NCBI GenBank assembly: GCA_044344255.1
Contig: JBIJDH010000021.1
Coordinates: 84,045 to 148,044, forward strand
Direction of reading: 5' to 3'
Length of the DNA stretch: 64,000 nt
From: Myxococcota bacterium
Lineage (GTDB): Bacteria > Myxococcota_A > UBA796 > UBA2385
Of the stretch, positions 61,006 through 64,000 are shown piece by piece. Below the pieces are notes generated by a model, which searched no databases, had not been told where the DNA came from, and saw only the letters and a list, made by a program, of their open reading frames with translations. Position 1 is the first letter of the stretch. Each line of letters begins with the position of its first letter. The translations under genes and the position numbers were made by a program.

Positions 61006-61018
61006 GCTTGTCGGGGCC

Positions 61019-61963
61019 TCAGAGGCAGTCCACCGTCTCTTCGGAGTAGCAGACCGGCGCCTCGGCGCAGAGATCGAGGGCCATCCCGTCGGGGCAGGAC
61101 CAGCCGCTGGTCTCTCCCAGCGCGAAGGTGGAGCCGATAGAGTCGGAGGCCGACCAGAGGATGTTGCCCGCGTAGTCCTGTCCGGCCATCGCGGCGTCGT
61201 CGGTGAGGCTGCCGGTGGGGAAGGGGCCCGCCACCTCGGCGCCGAGCCCCGCCGGTCCGCCGGCGTTGTACCCTTCAAACTCGACGATGTGGGTGCCCGA
61301 CGACAGGGTGATCGGCTGGATCCACCAGTACTTGAAGTTGTCGGTGTTGTCGTCGGTGTTGTTGAAGAGCAGCACGCCGTCGACGGCGAAGCGCATCCGG
61401 TTGTCGGCGCCGAGGCCGAGCAGGTACTCGCCGGGGGTGGTGATGTCGAGGCAGACCGAGAAGCCGATCCACTCGTCGACCGGGTTGTAGCCGGAGGTGG
61501 TGGAGTCGCCGTCACAGGCCCAGACCCCCTCCGCGTTCATGCGCCCGTCGGGCACGCCATCGTTGTCTCCCCAATAATCATCCGATACGACCGTGCCGCC
61601 CGGATAGCGGGCCCCATACGACCCATAGTCGGGGTGCGGGATCAACGGACAGACCGGATAGCCGTCGCCGAGGAAGAGGGGCTCCTCCTCGGTGCGGCGG
61701 GTGCAGCCGTCGTCGGCGGGGAGGGCCGTGAAGCCCTCGGGGCAGTCGCAGCCGCTCGGGGTGACGGCGGTGTCGACCGGCGGCGCGGTGTCCTCGGGGG
61801 CCGGGCTGTCCTCGGGGGGCGGCGCGCTGTCCTCGGGCTCGGCCGTCTCCCGGGCGGGGGCCGCGGGAGCCTTATCGGGGTTGATCTCGTAGTCCGAGCA
61901 GGCCGCGAGCAGCAGCAGGGAGGCCCGTCGACCCGGAGCGGAGAGCGGAGACCGGCGGCGCAT
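61019..61963 (-). CDS. Lipoprotein with a PA14-like domain and Cys-rich segments
   Basis: Lipobox LAAC; ITTPGEYLLGLGADNRMRFAVDG..ITLSSGTHIVEFEGYNAGG. Confidence 0.7.
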   Translation of the reverse strand: MRRRSPLSAPGRRASLLLLAACSDYEINPDKAPAAPARETAEPEDSAPPPEDSPAPEDTAPPVDTAVTPSGCDCPEGFTALPADDGCTRRTEEEPLFLGDGYPVCPLIPHPDYGSYGARYPGGTVVSDDYWGDNDGVPDGRMNAEGVWACDGDSTTSGYNPVDEWIGFSVCLDITTPGEYLLGLGADNRMRFAVDGVLLFNNTDDNTDNFKYWWIQPITLSSGTHIVEFEGYNAGGPAGLGAEVAGPFPTGSLTDDAAMAGQDYAGNILWSASDSIGSTFALGETSGWSCPDGMALDLCAEAPVCYSEETVDCL

Positions 61964-62006
61964 GGGGACCTCGTCACCCCCAAGGTAGCACGCGACGAAG
62001 GCCTGT

Positions 62007-62981
62007 TCAGCCCGCCAGCGCCGACTCCATGCGCTGGTACGAGACCTCCATCCCATCCACCATCCCGGTGCCGAGCACCATGTCGCGGAGCTCCTTCGAC
62101 GGGTAGGTGATGACCAGCGTGATGCAGGTGCGGTCGCCGGGGAGCGGGCTCAGCACGAGCTCGTTGTGGGTGCCCGGGCCCTCCATGCCGATCATGGCCT
62201 CGGTGGTGATGGCGCGGCGGGGCGGCTCGCTCAGCAGGAGCTCCCCGGTGAAGCCGAAGCGCGCGCCGCCCTGATCGGCGGCCCACTCGTAGCGGTAGGT
62301 CTGGCCGACGACGGTGGCCACCTCGCACACCGGCATCGACCACCCGTCGGGGCCGAGCATCCAGCGCTGGATGAGGGCCGGCTCATGGTGGGCCCGCCAG
62401 ACCTGCTGGAGGCTCCCGCGCACGTCGCGGGTGAGCCGCACATGCGTGTCGTCGAGCAGCTCGATGGCGATCCCCGCTCCGGTGGAGCTCGCCCGCAGGT
62501 CAGCGACGACGTCGTCCATCTGGGCGAGGGCGCTGCGCAGGCCCTCCATCATGCCCATCGCCACGAGCTGCTCCATCGCCGCCACGCTGGGGAAGCGGGT
62601 CTCGAGCACGAAGCGGGCGCCGCCGGCGGTGGCCTCGAAGCGCGCCTGCATCCGGCAGCCCGGCAGGTCCGTGTTCGGGCGGCCCTCGTCGTCGCAGAAG
62701 CCGTCCTGCACCTCGAAGGCGCGCCCCGGCTCCACCGACAGGAAGCGCCAATAGCCGGCGCTCGACTCGCCGTTGGGGCCGGTCATTCGGTATTGGGACT
62801 CCCCGCCCGTGACCATGTCGTGGCGGGTGAAGGTGGCCGGCCAGGTGGGCGGGCCCCAGAAGCGCTCGAGCTGCCGGGGATCGGCCCAGGCGGCCCACAG
62901 GCGCTCCAGGGGGACAGGATATTCACCCACGACGGTGAGCGAGAGGGCCTGGGCGTCAGACGAGACAGAGACGATGGGCAC
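62007..62981 (-). CDS. Tandem SRPBCC (AHSA1/START-like) domain protein
   Basis: Two repeats: LERLWAAWADPRQLERFWGP and LQQVWRAHHEPALIQRWMLGP. Confidence 0.9.
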   Translation of the reverse strand: MPIVSVSSDAQALSLTVVGEYPVPLERLWAAWADPRQLERFWGPPTWPATFTRHDMVTGGESQYRMTGPNGESSAGYWRFLSVEPGRAFEVQDGFCDDEGRPNTDLPGCRMQARFEATAGGARFVLETRFPSVAAMEQLVAMGMMEGLRSALAQMDDVVADLRASSTGAGIAIELLDDTHVRLTRDVRGSLQQVWRAHHEPALIQRWMLGPDGWSMPVCEVATVVGQTYRYEWAADQGGARFGFTGELLLSEPPRRAITTEAMIGMEGPGTHNELVLSPLPGDRTCITLVITYPSKELRDMVLGTGMVDGMEVSYQRMESALAG

Positions 62982-62984
62982 GGA

Positions 62985-63320
62985 CTACTCCTTCTGGGGA
63001 CTGAGGACGGCGTCAAGCTGGCTGAAACGGGCGTACCAGAGCGCCTCGAGCTCGGTGAGCGCGGCGCGGGCGCGGGCGAGCTGGGCGGGGTCTGCGCGGA
63101 CGAGGCGCTCCCGCCCCTGCGCGGTCTTTTGAACGAGGCCCGCCGCTTCCAGCACCGCGACGTGCTTCTGCACCGCGGCGAAGGACATCTCGTAGCGGGC
63201 CGCGAGCTCGGACACCGAGACGGACGCCGTCATCGTCCGCCGCAAGATGTCGCGGCGGCTGGGGTCAGCGAGCGCCCGGAAGAGGCGGTCGAGCGTAGGG
63301 TCGGCGAGTTCTACAACCAT
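62985..63320 (-). CDS. ArsR/SmtB-family transcriptional regulator
   Basis: LDRLFRALADPSRRDIL..SVSELA..MSFAAVQKHVAVLEAAGLV..GRER; typical partner of SRPBCC genes. Confidence 0.92.
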   Translation of the reverse strand: MVVELADPTLDRLFRALADPSRRDILRRTMTASVSVSELAARYEMSFAAVQKHVAVLEAAGLVQKTAQGRERLVRADPAQLARARAALTELEALWYARFSQLDAVLSPQKE

Positions 63321-63329
63321 ATGGTTGTA
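63312..63329. promoter_or_regulatory. Perfect 18-bp palindrome overlapping the arsR start (autoregulatory operator)
   Basis: TACAACCAT-ATGGTTGTA. Confidence 0.75.
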
Positions 63330-63418
63330 CGTTAGCGCGGGGGCGTGGGGAGCGCAAGGGGTCCACGCCGGGACGCGGGGGCCGGGTGCGCGCGTTAGCC
63401 CGACGCTAGGAGCGCCCG

Positions 63419-63775
63419 ATGCCAAGCCCGCCACCCATCCGCCGACTTCGTGCCGCGCACTACAAGGCGTTCGGTGGTGTTTTCGATCTCGCAGTGCGGC
63501 CGTTGACCGTTGTCTTTGGCCATAACGGCGCCGGAAAGAGCGCGCTCGCGCAGCTCCCCATCGCGCTGGCGGCCGGGCTCCGGGGGCAGGGGCCGGCTGG
63601 ACTCCCGCTCGATGTAGACGGGCTTCGGTTCGGGTCCAGCCTCCTCGACCTGCGGCACGGTCGGGTGGTCGCTGACGTCTCCCTTGGGATGGACCTCTCG
63701 CTCCCCGCCGGTGGCGTGCTGTCGCATCGGCGCCGCAGGGGGGCCAGTCATCGGGGCGACCCTTCATCGTGGTGA
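63419..63775 (+). pseudogene. Truncated ABC/AAA-type ATPase (AAA_15/AAA_21-like N-terminus)
   Basis: AGGAG RBS; IRRLRAAHYKAF..LAVRPLTVVFGHNGAGKS (Walker A). The ORF runs into a repeat at ~63728 and stops; no Walker B. Confidence 0.7.
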
Positions 63776-63983
63776 GCACACCGCGACAGGCCGCGTCCGC
63801 CCGAGAGGTCCGTCGCCGATCCACACACCCGGGGCCGTCTCCCGATCCTCCTCCCGCGCCGCGCGGGGGGAGGTGGCGCCGCAACGGCGCCGGAGGGGGG
63901 CCAGTCATCGGAGGGACCCTTCATCGTGGTGCCCATCCCGCGACAGGCCGCGTCCGCCCGAGAGGTCCATCGCCGATCCACAC
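63728..63983. repeat. Imperfect 99-bp direct repeat (63728-63826 and 63885-63983, period 157) with a GC hairpin between the copies
   Basis: Shared core GGGGGGCCAGTCATCGG..GACCCTTCATCGTGGTG..CCGCGACAGGCCGCGTCCGCCCGAGAGGTCC.TCGCCGATCCACAC; hairpin at ~63847-63873. Confidence 0.85.
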
Positions 63984-64000
63984 TCGGGTCGCTCTCCTGA

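Overview
Very GC-rich bacterial DNA. The gene content suggests Myxococcota or a related lineage (inference): lipoproteins with acidic DADS/DGTD linkers, a Cys/Asp-rich DxDGDGYG + FG-GAP protein, a VIT-VWA protein, a DUF4157-like protein and sigma54-type promoters. I found no rRNA, tRNA or CRISPR array. About 45 real CDS lie among many antisense shadow ORFs. Recognisable genes: a partial adenine DNA methylase, a macro-domain protein, an FAD monooxygenase, cytochrome c, UbiA, an algF-algI-algJ-algX-like O-acetylation operon without a polymer synthase, MerR + VIT/VWA, thiD, a DUF4157-PG-binding-NlpC/P60 protein, two RlaP-like nucleotidyltransferases, a eukaryote-like ethanolamine/choline kinase between two methyltransferases, a multicopper oxidase, a serine hydrolase, an ApbE + ferric-reductase-like cluster, an HD-GYP sensor, kup, TlpA, a PA14 lipoprotein and ArsR-SRPBCC. 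The 11.1-16.8 kb region looks less GC-rich and is decaying. It holds an IS4 remnant, fused HATPase/ParA pseudogenes, a 21-bp tandem array, a 94-bp duplication, and a (CTCCT)6 repeat that puts a signal peptide out of frame. The best candidate for an undescribed system is a tightly packed four-gene, ~15-kb operon (45499-60384). It encodes a 290-aa hypothetical, a 2499-aa beta-rich giant with an internal OmpA-like domain, a 1051-aa FN3-like protein, and a 1117-aa protein ending in a PLD fold whose HKD motif is degenerate. All family calls come from motif recognition by eye; no searches were run.
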